A stretch of 46,966 nucleotides of DNA, from positions 130,363,608 to 130,410,573 of the forward strand of contig NC_068983.1 in the NCBI RefSeq assembly GCF_001194135.2. Reading direction: 5' to 3'. Of this stretch, positions 1 through 14,105 are shown in pieces. The position numbers were made by a program, and so were the translations under genes. Origin of the DNA: Octopus bimaculoides. Taxonomy: Eukaryota. Each line of letters begins with the position of its first letter. The stretch's first letter is position 1. The notes under the pieces were generated by a model. The model ran no database searches, was not told where the DNA came from, and worked only from the letters and a program-made list of their open reading frames with translations.

Positions 1-375
1 TATATATATATATATCTTCTTCGTCTTCGTCTTGTATGAATGTATACGATAGGAGAAGTTTTGTTCAAGGTTACCAAAAGTACTATGTATGCGTTCTGAG
101 TGCTGCAATAGGTATTCACTTTCACGAATACAAAAAAACACACACTAATGCACTTTCTTCATACGTTACTCCAATGACGAAATACTTGCTTGATAGAGTA
201 TTTAAGCAATACGATAATCCAATGGCTGGGATATATCAGAAACAGCTAACTTTAACATCTTTACCAGCTTTCTATTATTTTACTATTTTTAGTTTTTAGA
301 TTGAATTAAATGCATTTAAATAAAAGTCTTGTCTTGACAAATTGTTTAAATTCATCACTACTTTCACCGATAACA

Positions 376-466
376 TCTCTCACTCTCTCTCTCTGTATCT
401 CTCTCTCTCTGTCTCTCTGTCTCTCTGTCTCTCTCTCTCTCTCTGTATATATATATATATATATAT
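376..466. repeat. Compound (TC)n/(TA)n microsatellite
   Basis: Direct reading: TCTC/TGTC run followed by (TA)n. Confidence 0.95.
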
Positions 467-1760
467 CAGTTAGAGCTTATTCGTAATACTGTAAAAATAT
501 ATCCTTCTGTTAGTTGTCCTTCATATACACACTATGCATAAGATAATTACTGAATAAGTTAGAAAGCTATGTCCCTTCTCCAGATATGAAAATACTAGCG
601 GGTTCAAACTTATCCAGTCCAACTGCTACAATTTAGTATAAAGCCTAATACGCTTTTGATGTACAGGAGTTAAGGGTATATACATATCTCCAAGCCATTT
701 ATTTATTTTTAGCACATGTGATCTAAAGTGGCCAACGTATTTCCACATCAAAGCATGCCGGTATTTTGGGGTCTCAAATGAAAGGAAAATAACGCGGTTT
801 ATTTTCTAATATCGCTGCTATGCGTATTTTTAGGTCATCCACAATGTTCTTCACTCGATCATATTGAATGTATGTTCTTATAACATGTTTATGCGAGTAA
901 TTTAGCCTCTCGCAATCTCTCTCATTCTCTCTCTGTAAATATATATATATATATATATATATAAAGATACACAAATATGCATTTATGTACGATTTATGTG
1001 TATGTGTGAATGTAGGGACATATACGTGTGTCTCCTATGCGATAAACGATACCTCAACGTCCTTCGTTTTAAAGTAAATCGAGGTTTCGTCCCCAATATA
1101 ACGGGCATAAAATATTCGCCAGCAACTGAAATATCACAAATTGTCAACTGAAGCTACACCTGAATATAGTTTATGATTGCAGTACATCATTTTTTTGCCG
1201 CATGCGCTCTACATAAACATGTTGATGACTATAACTTCACATCAGCATACGAATTTTGATTATTTTCTTTTTACTTCCATAACAATTTCCATATTTTGTT
1301 ATTCTATTCTCATTGTTCCTGATCAGTGATCACCAACTTTGTAGCCTGTATGATATTTTCGGAAGTAATTGCACGTCAGTTGTTATCCTTAAATGTTGCC
1401 TAAATTTCTTGAGGTGAAAGCATGCATTATAATGCTTTAAGAGCTATATTGCTGGGAACATTTAATTCAGTTTGAGTGGAAATATATGAAAGCCAAAACG
1501 TATTAGAAAAAAAGTTATGTCATATCACTGGCAAATCGTTTACTTTGAAATTATATCAGATGTTATAACAAGGAAATTACCGGAATTAATCACCTTGGAT
1601 GAGACTCTTAAAAAAAAACCTAAATAAAAAAAAAGAAAAATTCATTTACACATATGCGAAATGCTATTTCCCGTGAGCAGATTCCTTCGCCATTGTGTAA
1701 AGGTGAAATGGTGGAAATGTTATCGTTCATCGGTGAATAGTTTTATTTGAAAATAAAATC

Positions 1761-1762
<2 letters not shown>

Positions 1763-1799
<37 letters not shown>
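1763..1799. repeat. (TA)n microsatellite
   Basis: Pure AT dinucleotide run. Confidence 0.97.
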
Positions 1800-1801
<2 letters not shown>

Positions 1802-2122
1802 AAGTTTTAAATTTAAAAGAGGGTTTTGACGCTAATATCCATTATTATTGAAATATATTCCTATGTAAACATTTCTGTATAAGGCTATAGTTGACTGTCA
1901 AATTTAAGTCAAACATATAATTTGCCTTACACGTCTTCAGGGAAATACATTTGAGAACAAAAAAAAAATCAAATAGAGGTCAAGAATAAGAGGTAAATAC
2001 CACATTTCTAGGTTTCGTCCATATTTAAATTTGTCGTTAAATGACTCGTTAAATTAGTTCCTTCCTATGCAAAGGTCCATTAAGGGGAGACAACCCTTTG
2101 TAATACTATGAATAATGTTGAT

Positions 2123-2540
2123 AATTTATAAACAATCCTCTATTCCAATAGAAATTTATACTATATTATCCTAGGAGCTATTGTAAAAACCACGACTGCT
2201 ATTGGTAAATTGTACATTGATTATGGCCTGCCTTAAGACCTAATATTATACTCCACTGTACTATAAATTATAAACAACCCTCAATTACAATTGGAATTAT
2301 TATCTCTAGGAGCTTTTGCAAGAACCACAGCTGCTATTGGTAAATTATACACTGATGTGGCCTACCTTAAGACCTAATATTATACTATAATGTACTATAA
2401 ATTATAGCTAATCCTCAATTACCATGCAAATCTATACTATATTATCTTCATACGTTTTTACAAAATCCCCGCTGCTATTGGTAAATTATATTAGTATGAC
2501 CTGCCTAAAGATCAACTACTACAGTATAATGTACTCTAAT
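2123..2540. repeat. Diverged tandem repeat, 3 copies of a ~134-142 bp unit
   Basis: Units start near 2123, 2265 and 2399. CTGCTATTGGTAAATT occurs in all three, CCTTAAGACCTAATATTATACT in the first two and a diverged version in the third, and TGTACT closes each unit. Confidence 0.9.
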
Positions 2541-2950
2541 ATCCTGTCATACCCTGTCATATTGCAATTTATTTAAACCAGCGAAATGTGTGTATTAGAA
2601 AATGTGTACATTTTAGAGCATTATTTGTTAGTTTATTTATCAACTTACCCTTAGAGAATAATATGAAATAAAGTTCTAAATTACATAACGAACAGTATCT
2701 CCTACCCTTGTCGTACGTATATATATATGAAAAGTAAATATAAAGATAAAATGTGAGTCCGATGGTCTTCTTAAATTACGTACATAATATATAAAAACGA
2801 TATATGTCTTACAGCGTTTATAAAACGTGTGCAAGTAATGATAAATAACTGGCACCCGCCCGCACCAAAAAGAAAGTTTTGTAGATGTTTATGTATATAA
2901 AATCCTAAAGCGAATCAGCTGAGATATTCCTGTCCCTTTTCTCTGTGCAG

Positions 2951-2975
2951 CCTATCCATTCTCACGTTCTAAAGG
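2951..2975 (+). other. Candidate 25-nt exon (host gene unknown)
   Basis: TCCTGTCCCTTTTCTCTGTGCAG acceptor, then CCTATCCATTCTCACGTTCTAAAGG, then GTAAGT donor. Open in two frames (PIHSHVLK or YPFSRSK). No homology recognised. Confidence 0.35.
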
Positions 2976-3073
2976 GTAAGTGGCTGTTTCAAAGAGATTT
3001 GCTACATATTTATACAAATAAGTGAGATTCTCAAAGAACTTAGTCATGATTTGTCATATTTATACTTACATAC

Positions 3074-3105
3074 ATTCACACACAGACGCACACATACATA
3101 CATAT

Positions 3106-3157
<52 letters not shown>

Positions 3158-3176
3158 GCACACACATACATATATA
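3074..3176. repeat. (CA)n microsatellite, imperfect
   Basis: Direct reading. Confidence 0.95.
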
Positions 3177-4832
3177 GTTACATAGGATGGTAAACCTAAA
3201 ACGAAGTCCCTTATAATTATTCACTACATTCTAAATCTACAAATCAAATAGGATTATATATGACGCTCAGTTACATGTGGTTAATATGAACAGGCGGCTA
3301 AACAAAATCGCTATGATCTGACACATTTTCTTTCATAATCTTAACGAAACTTACTGCAATCACAGACTCAAACTTATTATCTTCAATGACGCGGGTTGCA
3401 AGCGCTCACTAATAATCAAATATATACCAAAATATACTAACGCTAAATTATTTAAAACTTCTTTTTATATATGTGACTGTGATTTTGCAATATTTGTAAT
3501 ACGCGACAGAAGAGATGCCTACATATCATTTGATTGATTCGGCAACAGCAACACAATATCTAATAGCGTAATAATGTTTATACGACAACATTACGTATTG
3601 TTTTTCTTTCAGTATATTTTCTTGAACACTAACATGTTTGGATTAATGAAATGGTATAAAATTAATAGCAATGGAAGTGATTATGCGTCTAATATGTGAA
3701 ACAAGAACAAAGATTCAGGGTGGTAACCTAGATGACCTGTCTTTAATTCCCGCTTTGATAAGACGTATCACTATGAATTTAATCTGTCTGACGTAATGAC
3801 TATGGAAGACAGTGATATATGCATATGCATATTTATTTACACCCACACAGACGGTGGATCGACGAGAAAGATGCAGCTGTTCAATCAAAACAATTCTGAG
3901 CTTCTAAATTAACGTTTAAGTGCCTAAAAATTTCAAAGACATGTTTACTATTAACGTATACTTAACATCCTACAAGCGTGGTGGAATGTTTGATAATGAT
4001 GTACTTTTAAATTAGAGGTACAATCTATCAGAAACTCTAGTTAAAATTTTCTGTCTACCGAATTTCACTCACAGCGTATTGTTCGACTCTGGAATTTAAT
4101 AGATGCTTGTATCTTCTGTATAGATGATGCAAACATGTAATGCTCAAAGTAATTATTTTAAGTAACGATTCTTTTCCTATAAATAACATCTCTTTTCTAT
4201 CTTTACTTGAAAATTATCATTTTATATAAATTTGGTCTTTATTGAACCACTGCCTTGTTAGTGTAAGCAGCTGGTAACCAGCATGTATGAAAAACATTAT
4301 TACCAAGCATTAACAAGATGTTACATCCAATGTGCAATATGTTTAAAGCCGTAAGTCTGTTCCAGCAGTAAGGCATGTATTATTAGGATTTATAGTCTGT
4401 TTATACAGTTTCCTTGGATATAATTTCTGCATTGATATCACTTATTTTCCCAACAATAGAGTAACTGTGTTGTTTTAAGTCAGGCTCTTGATATTCAAAA
4501 TTATTCACGCTAATGGTGCTAATATTGTTATTATTCACATTACGTATCACTGTAGTTGAAGATGTGTAATATAAACATTATAATGAGAATAAAAAAAAAA
4601 AAACATGCATACGTCATCGGCAAAAAAAAAACTAAGCTTTTAAAAGTGCACCAACCATTCAGCGCATCGTGATCGTATTTGATGTAATACATAGTCTGAG
4701 AACTTAATAAACAGGCTAGTAGTGGTCAAACGAAGTCACGTCGAACAGCCAATGATTTATACATTGAGGACCAAATATTTAGATGCTACTCTTGGTGATG
4801 ATGTCAATCGAGGGCGTTTAATACTATTACCT

Positions 4833-4936
4833 TGTAAAATATGATCTGATTTCGTGCAGCCGCTTGACAATGCATAGGGAAAAAAAACAGATAGATAAAC
4901 AGACAGACAGACAATGAATCCTATATATACAGAGAT
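4833..4936 (+). mobile_element. Possible 3' end of a non-autonomous Helitron/Helentron-like element
   Basis: TTTCGTGCAGCCGCTTG followed by (ACAG)n and CCTATATATACAGAGAT resembles Lep1/DINE-type termini carrying ACAG microsatellites. Motif resemblance only. Confidence 0.3.
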
Positions 4937-6404
4937 GCAATACGCTTTAGTCGTATGAAAGAGATATTTAAGGTATAGCTAGATTTTAATTTTAAGTTAA
5001 AAGGAACTTAAAATTAATTTATGCATTTATCCTAACTTCAAAGGGGATTTTCAGTTAGAATTCACTTTACTGCTGTAGATACAATGACAGAAACTCTCAT
5101 ATTGGCTTTTGGTGAAAAACAGTTGTTTATATAACTAGCGTGGAGAAAAGTCTACGCACTCGTCTGTGCTGAGACTACCAGATCACATGATTGCGACCTT
5201 CTTTGATCTCCTCAATGATGTACGCTTGGCTTGTAGAGACAACACCGACTTATATCCCTCATCGCTCTGGTATTCGCGGCACTGGAGATGGCGAGGATTT
5301 ATCTCTCGCTAGCGATATCAGGAAGCGTGCGTTTTACACCAAACTCCAGTATGAGACTTCATTTCATGGTAACTACCACACTGAATGTTTGTTATAACAG
5401 AACATCCACGATCAAGTGGGGATAAATATTAACTTTCATATTAAAACCGCCTCTATCACTAATATAAATTTATAAATTTATATATTTATTTATTGGAGAA
5501 TTGAGGGTGGTGTTGCACAAGATCAGCTTCTACTACTAGCCCCCCTACGTTTATTAATACTTATATCATTACTACTGCAACAGCAAAGCTATTTTGTTTT
5601 AGATGATTTTAGTGGTATTTAACTGAATAAATTTTAATAATGTGATAATGACCTCAGCGAGGTTTATTCCTTTCTCTAATCTCTGCTAAAATGACATGGA
5701 ATTAATCACATTATTCAGAATGCCGCTGCGATGTATTTGTCTCTTCTTCAAAAGGATGGAAAAAAGAGAAAGGAAAATTCAAGCACATGATGTGAAACGA
5801 ACACGATGAAAAGTAAAATTAAATAAATTTTCTTGGAGAAGCAATTAGGTTTAACAGATATATTAATGCATATTTTATGAAAGAGAGATGTGTAAAAACA
5901 CCAGTATTACACTTGAGGTAAGTTTCTCTCATGAGGAGGCTGTCGTTGTATGTCCCATGTCAGCCTGAATAGAACAGACATACATATAAGCAAAACGTAC
6001 CAGACGTGATAATGACTAATTCTTGCGTGTAGGGATCTGAGTACAAAATTTTTTGGTATGTCTATGGCAGGAATTAAGATTAAGAACGCATGATATTGCA
6101 ACTCAGTATTATTCTTTTACTCTGACATTTTCCTTTAACAACAATTGATTGTCTGTGCTATAGCAACTGCGCCTGTGATGAGTTGGGAGATAAAGAATTT
6201 GATAAATTAGCAGATTATCTCAAAAAATGTTGCTAACGAGGATTTATTGTACAGTATTTCGGGTCTTGAATTGGTTGTTACTTGCAACCACACTAGCTTA
6301 TATGCGTCATACTCACATACATAAGTACGAAGAGGTCTAAATATATATGGACTCATATACGCCCACACTAGCAAAAATACCTCCATGCATATTTGTTCTT
6401 CTAG

Positions 6405-6655
6405 ACAAAAACGCACAAACACATACGTTTGTACACGAATACATGAGTGTACATATTTGCACACACACACATACATGCAGCCTAAAATTTTCGCGCACGC
6501 ACGTGTATATAGCAGTCACTAACACACTATTTCGACGCATACACAAACACACATACACTTATACAACCGATAACACATCCATAAACACGCGTTCATACAA
6601 CTGGTACACACACACACGCACACGCACCCACACGCACACACACTCACAGACACAC
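6405..6655. repeat. Degenerate CA-rich low-complexity tract
   Basis: Direct reading. It generates the spurious H/T-rich and V/C-rich ORFs at 6207-6787. Confidence 0.9.
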
Positions 6656-7694
6656 CAGCTTTTCTGTGAAGTCACAGACAACATGACACCATCAGCCTCA
6701 TATCTAGCCACGCTGTCCAAAAACTTTTCATTACTAACAAACCTTGTGTCTCTGGTTTGCCGATCTTGCCTTATACAGCACCAGTAAACCGTTCAACTAA
6801 TAAAGCGCCTATTTCATTGGGCATCTCCAAATTCCCATATCATTTCAATCGGTGACCTGGGCCCGAACGGGAGAGGTTTCTGTTAAAACTCGCCCAACTT
6901 TCGGTTGCAGAGAACCGAATAAAACTGTTTCAAATAATATGTGTCTGTATATGTTTGTTTTTTTTTTTGTGTGTGTTTGTGTACATGTATGTGTCGAACT
7001 AATATGGAAGTTTGGTTGAGAGAAAATATTTAGAAACAATGCTACCCTCCCCGATTTCATTGTGTAGCATATTCAGCAAATGCCATATTCTATATTCTAG
7101 GGACGATCCATCAAGTTGCAACTGCAAATATTTCAAATTCATACATGTATATTAACTAAAGTCTGACTATAAAATATGGGTACAATGAAGTTTAACTATA
7201 TATTTACGAGAGAGAATAATCGATATCTGTAAGCATGGAACATAGTATAATGAATCGCTTCTGTAAAGCAGACTATGTTTTACATAATGTTAGAAATTAT
7301 TATTATGCAAAAAATCAAATCAAATCAAAATTGAATCATCCGAAACTACACTCAATAAACTGGGAAAAAATAACGAGTATTTATATCTCGGGAATAAATA
7401 TGACAATTAATTAAAAACTAAAGCAATTCCATAAAAACATGGAACGAAGAAAATTTTAATAAATACCAATCGAGATGTGTATTGGATAACGTGAAAATGT
7501 GTGAATAAGGCAATTGTATAGGGATGGAAATTTTGTATATATTAATAATCTGAATTGGAAATTGCTAAAATTTGAAGTTTACGACATACCTTAGATCGAA
7601 TAAAATTATTTCTGGAGATAAGGTCCAAAATTAAAATAATATTAGTAATTATAAACCCTACTTAAACATACGGCTACAAAAGTATCCGGAAATG

Positions 7695-7903
7695 TTGATT
7701 TCAAATTGTGGCACAAGGAGATCCATTTTTGGGCTAAGTGGTTTACACCAACCCCAGTGTTCAACGTATACTTGTTTTATCGAACATCAAAAAGGAAAAG
7801 CAAAGTCGAACTCGGTAGAATTTGAACTCACAATGTAAAGCCTGAGGAAGTACTGCTCAACATTTTGTTCGGTATAGTAACGATTCTGCCAGTTCTCTGC
7901 TTT
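7695..7903 (-). mobile_element. tRNA-derived SINE, family C (diverged)
   Basis: Reverse complement aligns by eye with 32533-32744 (CTGGCAGAATCGTTA head, GAGTTCAAATTC B-box, GTCGACTTTGC, GGCACAAGG tail). Confidence 0.8.
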
Positions 7904-10900
7904 AATATCCGCAAATATTAATCAACAAAAACATGATTTTCTCTTAGCCTGTAAGGAAGTTTGGAGTTCTCATAGGTTCCCATTATAATGTACAGTACAT
8001 ATACTGCGATGCAGCTTCGTATTGACATATGCGTCAAAGCTGAAATGAAGTAACAAATGCCAATTGACCAGTCTTTACGATCAGTACAAGAGAATAAAGA
8101 TCTTAATTGTTTAGCATTTTACTGGAGGGAGAGTAAACAAAGAAATTAATAATAAATATGGACAGGAATGATGAGAGCTAGCAAAATAAACGAAATCAGT
8201 TTGTTAAAGAAATCAATATATGATTAATTGTGGCATTGAAATATTCTAATGCCTATCACCTAATGAGCTATTATTCACTGACTGACTTGGACGAGCTTCA
8301 CTTCATTGTTCTGAAACATTGCATAAACAGAAAACTGGAAATGAATAGATACATATGCTTGGCACTTAGCTTTATATAAATAAACGTAAATATCGTAGAT
8401 GTCTGCATGATACGAGGATCAATGACTCGAAATACGAAGGCATTTAAGTATTAAAGTCTGGAAAACTAGAAAGAAAGTCTGTTCAATGCTGATTTAAGAC
8501 GCCTGTAATATGATAAATAGCGTGTCTAACAGAATTTTGAAGGAGTGTTGAAGGGGCAACGGGGAGGGGTGGTAGCTGAGAGGGAAACGGGAGACGGGCA
8601 ACAGTGGGGCCGAAAATACGTGTTCTTAGTAACTTACAGCGTTTTCGATTTGGATTTGATATTTAATGTATCTTAATTCTAATGCCTGGAAATATCAAAA
8701 TAATAAAATATAATATACATCCGAAAGTTAGTGAAATATAGTGTCGACAGTAATGCTACCTTTCCATATAATATTGAAAATATAAAGTTGATTTGCATGT
8801 AATTCAAAGAGATATCATCATCAATTTGCAATATTTCCTAGGGAAAGGTTATTTCGCTTTGGGATTTCCTGAAAGGACAGAATAATTTAGGCGATATAAA
8901 TTTAGTTCAATTTATCTCACTCAATTTGTGATAGATTTTCAATATATTTTTTGAGTATTTGAAATAACGCTCAGATATTAGATACTTATATTTTCTATTC
9001 TTTTCATTATATTTTGGAATATAATTCGTCAGAATATTCTCTTAATTTTCCATAAAATGAACTGCCTGTGACAATAGTAATTCGTATATATCCTCGAGGT
9101 AATATGTGCTTCTATATATGATCACCATAATAAAACAAATCTTTGTGTCGCATATAGAATAATATGAAGTTTATGGTTTGGAAGTAATTATTTTATTTCA
9201 ATACTTTCATAATATGAAATATTAATAATAATGCTAATTTATTAACAGAAAAAATACCTACTTTTATCTTGAATTAAATGTGAAGCAATGAAATTACTTC
9301 TCCGATAAATATTGTGAATTATAATGGAAGAGTAAAAAAATAAGAAAGGCATCGCAATGGAAAAATTAATCTCATGAAATTTGTTTCTATATTTCTCAAC
9401 TTATATTTATACACTTACTACACGTTACTATTATTGTATTAAATTTCGTTGCCAATTATTTTGGCTTCCATTCTCGTTGCAATAGCTATTGCTGTCATTG
9501 GTCCGTTTCACTAGATCTATGACGAAGCCGTTCAAAATGTTACTATCCTATATTTGTAGGGATAGTCTTCCTTTACGCAATGTCTTTCCTGGTCATACAC
9601 AGGATGGAGAATTTCGTAGAAGACTTCATGCATAATGTTATCTGAATCGGCTGAATTCTTGGCTTAAAAGCACTCTTTGGTCATTCATCATTTAGTCATA
9701 GATTCACTGCGATTCTTGAATTATATTCTCCAAAGTAAATTATCTGCTTCAGAATAGTGTGTGCGTTTCTGTGTATGTATGTGTAAACATACGTTTTAGA
9801 GGGTGAGTCTCTTCCTAATCACTAAATGACAAAGAATAGAGTCAATGTTTCATCTTATCCCATCCATCTATCTTCAATTACAAAAAAGCTAAGCTCGCAA
9901 TGGCCTGAATGAAATACTCTATAAGTTCCGTCGATTCTGCCCTATTTAGTGTTAGACAACAATAACAAGAATAATCAAGAACATCAACTGCATCGATGAG
10001 AACAAAATACCGCAGATACAGTGAAAGCACACTTACCTAACTGTATCGTTAATTTTAGTCATTGTAGGGAAGGCATATATAACAACAGAGAGTAGTGTAC
10101 TAATTTACTTAAATTTAAAAAGTCTTGTTTCTACGGCTACAACTAAGAAGTCTAAATCACGCACGATTTTGCATAATTATTTACTTCGAAATCTTGAGAT
10201 AAATCTAGCTATAGAATTGTTCGAAGTTATTATCAATTGTATCACTAGTTGTATTAAAACTGTACAGGGATGTAAGTTATTCATTAAGTATTAATTTACC
10301 TACACTTAATGTAAAGAGATACCGCATATAAATGCTGTTTGTTTGAATCTCGTTGTCTAAAATGTATATGAAAATGAATAAGTCCTGTAAATCAAAAATA
10401 TTAACGACACATGTAAAACACCTCAGCAATTACACAGACGTACATTAGAATTCACCAAAGGACATGTCATAAAGGAACAATGAAAACATTAGTTTATTTA
10501 ATTCTGTCATACAATTTAACGTGAGGGATTGTGCTTAATACAATTAATCGTGAGGGATTGTGCTTAAAATGTCTAGCGTGAATCTTCTACGACGAAATTG
10601 TTTCCAGATTATATTTTTTGCATTTCGTAAAATTATCTGGCATTCGTGTAAACTAAAATATTTTTACTTAATCACCAAACTGCAATTAGGTTGTATATAG
10701 TCGTCTATAACTAAATTTAGTGTCTGCAAATTTAGTTTACATATCTGTGTGAATATTGTTTCTGTATGTTACATAGCTATTGATTTATCTTGTACTGAGA
10801 CATTCCTTCCATTTAATATATATCAAGCACTGAAAATATTTGCAGTAGCTTCACAAAAGATAGCTGTCAGTTACATGTTAATGCATGTGAGTGTGTGTGT

Positions 10901-13900
10901 GTGTATGTGTGTAAATGTTTTGTATATGCATGTGAGCCAGATATATTCCAAGATATATCTTCGCTTGATTTGTGTTTGTGAAATAAGGTTTTCCGTATTA
11001 TCTATAACTGATACGTTTATCTTGCAAACATGGCGAAAGAGCGATAAATAACACATTGCCTTATCAATGAAATCTTTCGAATTCTACCAAGAAATTATTT
11101 CTGAATAAATGTATCAGAATGTAATACGTGGCACAAGATAACAGTGTCAAAACTTTTTAAATGTCATTGAAAATCATTTGAAGTAAAATCATAAGGTTCA
11201 AAAATTTGTCATTCGGTTGTTTACTTAGTGGAAATAAGTAGTATGATTCGCAAGCAAATATTGTTTCTGCGAGCAAAACATTTATGTAACAAATGCATTT
11301 CACACATTAACATAATAAGCGAATGACATAAATAAATATAATAGATAAGAATGACGTTTACGTTTAATATGATTTTATGATCAAGCACAACAGATGATAA
11401 ACAAAGATAGTGATTCCGTATTATGTGGCAAAATACGCTGTACCGCTTAGAAAAAACTAATCAGTTCATAAATGAAACGTAGATGCAATGGGCTAGATAA
11501 ATCACTGCCTTCATATTTATCGAATATGTAAACTTTTTATTTATATACAATTTCATCCCATTTGATACATACCTGGAAAACTAACGCGAATATTATTGAA
11601 ATATCTCACTCTGTATGCTATATATGCTCTATTCTGTAAACAAACATTGATACAGATAACACAATCCTTTTGGCCATATTTAAGTTTGCTGTATCAAATT
11701 ATGTTATCTTTATTTTCGAAAGGAAAATGTCAATATCAAATTCATAGCTGAAATTGCAGTTTTCCTATTTAAAATATAAATTACAACAGTTTTCTAAATC
11801 AGATAAAAGGTTATGCATATAATAGCTCCATTGACATCGATATTAGGAATAATACGTTTTGAATATTTTTTCTATTTCACATCTTTCCAAGATATATACC
11901 AACGCATTATCGAACGCTCTTTTATTAACACGATTACTTTCTGAATGGGCTGCAAATGCAAGGCAATTTGAATATTCCCAATCGCAATGTGTATATTTGA
12001 CTTTAAAGTACACTTTACAAATGTAGAAATGGTAGCGGTTGCGTATATTGAAGGGGTTCTAATATAACACAGGAATTGCTCTTACATTAATGATTGGAAG
12101 GGCGGTGAATTGGCATGAGCGTTAAAGGGGCAAAATATGTCCTAATAAATTTCATGTCGTCTTGATCTATTTTTGGAGTCTCTTTAATAATATACTAGTC
12201 TAAAGATTGACTCGGTGGTATTGACTATTTATGTATCAGGTTCTGGCTTTGTGCCAATATATATAAAACAACGATATTACATCTAACTATCGTTTTCTAT
12301 GAATTTATTAGACATCTAAAGTCATAATGCTGAAGTAAATGAAAGATGAAAACGGATACCTAGCGGAATGTATAAATACTGCTGACGTGGAGGTGATAGT
12401 CAATGAGTAGATCTACTTAAATAATACTAAGATGAATAGGATTCACCTGAAATTTCTACGTATACTCTCACAAACGCAATTTCCTGATTTGTCGTGTATA
12501 TATATAAAGAAGTTTTCTCTTTCTTATTTAACTGCAAAACAACAAACTATACTTTAAATATTAGTTTATAGTATTGAAGAGATTGAACAAATGCATAAAA
12601 TGGTATCTTCGTTGACATGTAGAACATAGGTATTATTATGTATAATAAAAAAAACAAAATATTATCGAGTAGTATTCTTGAAATGTTTGTAAAAAAGTTA
12701 TGTTAAATGATTTGCAATGTAGAGTGAAACGTCTTTGATTTCGATGAAATTTAATTATTTAGACGGAAATGGAATGGTGAAAGAGAGTGAGACAGAATTA
12801 GACGAAGACAGTGGAAAAGATAGAAAAAAAGGGTGAGGGGAAAGAGGGACAATAAAACGAAATAAAATGCAGTATATTAATGGGTCAAACAAATCGAAAG
12901 ACAATTAGCCTGTCGAAAATTTTGGTGATTTGTATAACTCCTCTTTGTCAATTCGAATCTAAAATATATAAATAGTCGAAGCCTAATTTTGAATAATAAA
13001 TATAATTCTAGGGAGTGATTCTCTAACCACAAATTCTGATAACAAGCATCTCGGATGTAATCTAAAAACGCCCAAGGTTTCAACTATACGTGTTGTAATA
13101 ATTAAAATATATTATACTACGAGTACGAGTTAATGCAAACTTCTTCAACACAAAATTACAACTAATTAGATTTGTCAATCACAGTATAGTATGTCCAAAT
13201 ATTAATTTCAGAGTTTCTTATAACTATTTGGAAACTACAGAGGGATTGGAAACGCCATATATCTGGTAGTTAACTCTAAACATATACAATATTTTACAAT
13301 CAAAGTGTTTCAGGGAAACGGAATCATATTATGTTTCCGCGTTTTACATCATATATGTTACGTTACTTTCTATCATTAATCTTTTAAGCAAATTTAATGC
13401 TATCTGTACTATTTTTCACATTCAAAATAAGCAGTCTCCTCTCAAAGTCCTTCGTTATATATCTCTCTTCTTTGCTAAATTTCATTATAAGTTTCTATGT
13501 ATAATTTGGATTTCATGTTTAAATCGGTTATAATTCCTGAAGTTGAATGAGAAGTTATTTCTAATTACCTATCTCTTGAATTGATTTACATGGTATATAA
13601 GATCTACTAAAATCGAGAAAAACCTTCATGAACTTCAGAATTACATTTTATAGAATTGATAATCCTTATTACTTGTACGGAACAGTGAACTACTGACAGT
13701 ATTGTTGAAAAGAACTTTGCAACAACAATGGAAGCTACGAAACAAGGTTCAGTTGACAAAATCGGGAAGATGACGACGTTTGAACATGTAAACAGACTTA
13801 CTTTTAAAACATATATTCATGCACAAACTAATCCATGGGAGAAATGATAGGAGGACCACAATAGAGGTGTTGCAAGAAGAATGAAGAAATCAAATGTTTG

Positions 13901-14105
13901 GCCGATGCGTGGATTGTTTGGGGAGGACGTTACTTCTGCATTTAGTCATATATGGTCTCTCAGGTTTGCATATAAATTGAAAGACTAATGCATAATGACT
14001 TTATTGACTGGAAGAAAATTAGATTTATATATTGTATTCTCAACATATATAGCTGTTAGGAGTTCTAATTATATGTATTGTCTATTTTTTTATTACAATA
14101 TATAT

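Noticed and set aside
2005-2052. Minus-strand GGACGAAAC with upstream ACGAGTC, resembling a classic hammerhead
   Set aside because: The first core box reads UUAACGA instead of CUGANGA (two essential positions changed) and helix I is not evident. At best a fossil. A similar GGGACGAAAC near 1085-1094 lacks the box entirely.
2123-2540. Repeat array considered as CRISPR-like
   Set aside because: Eukaryotic context, ~140-bp contiguous diverged units with no unique spacers, and no cas genes.
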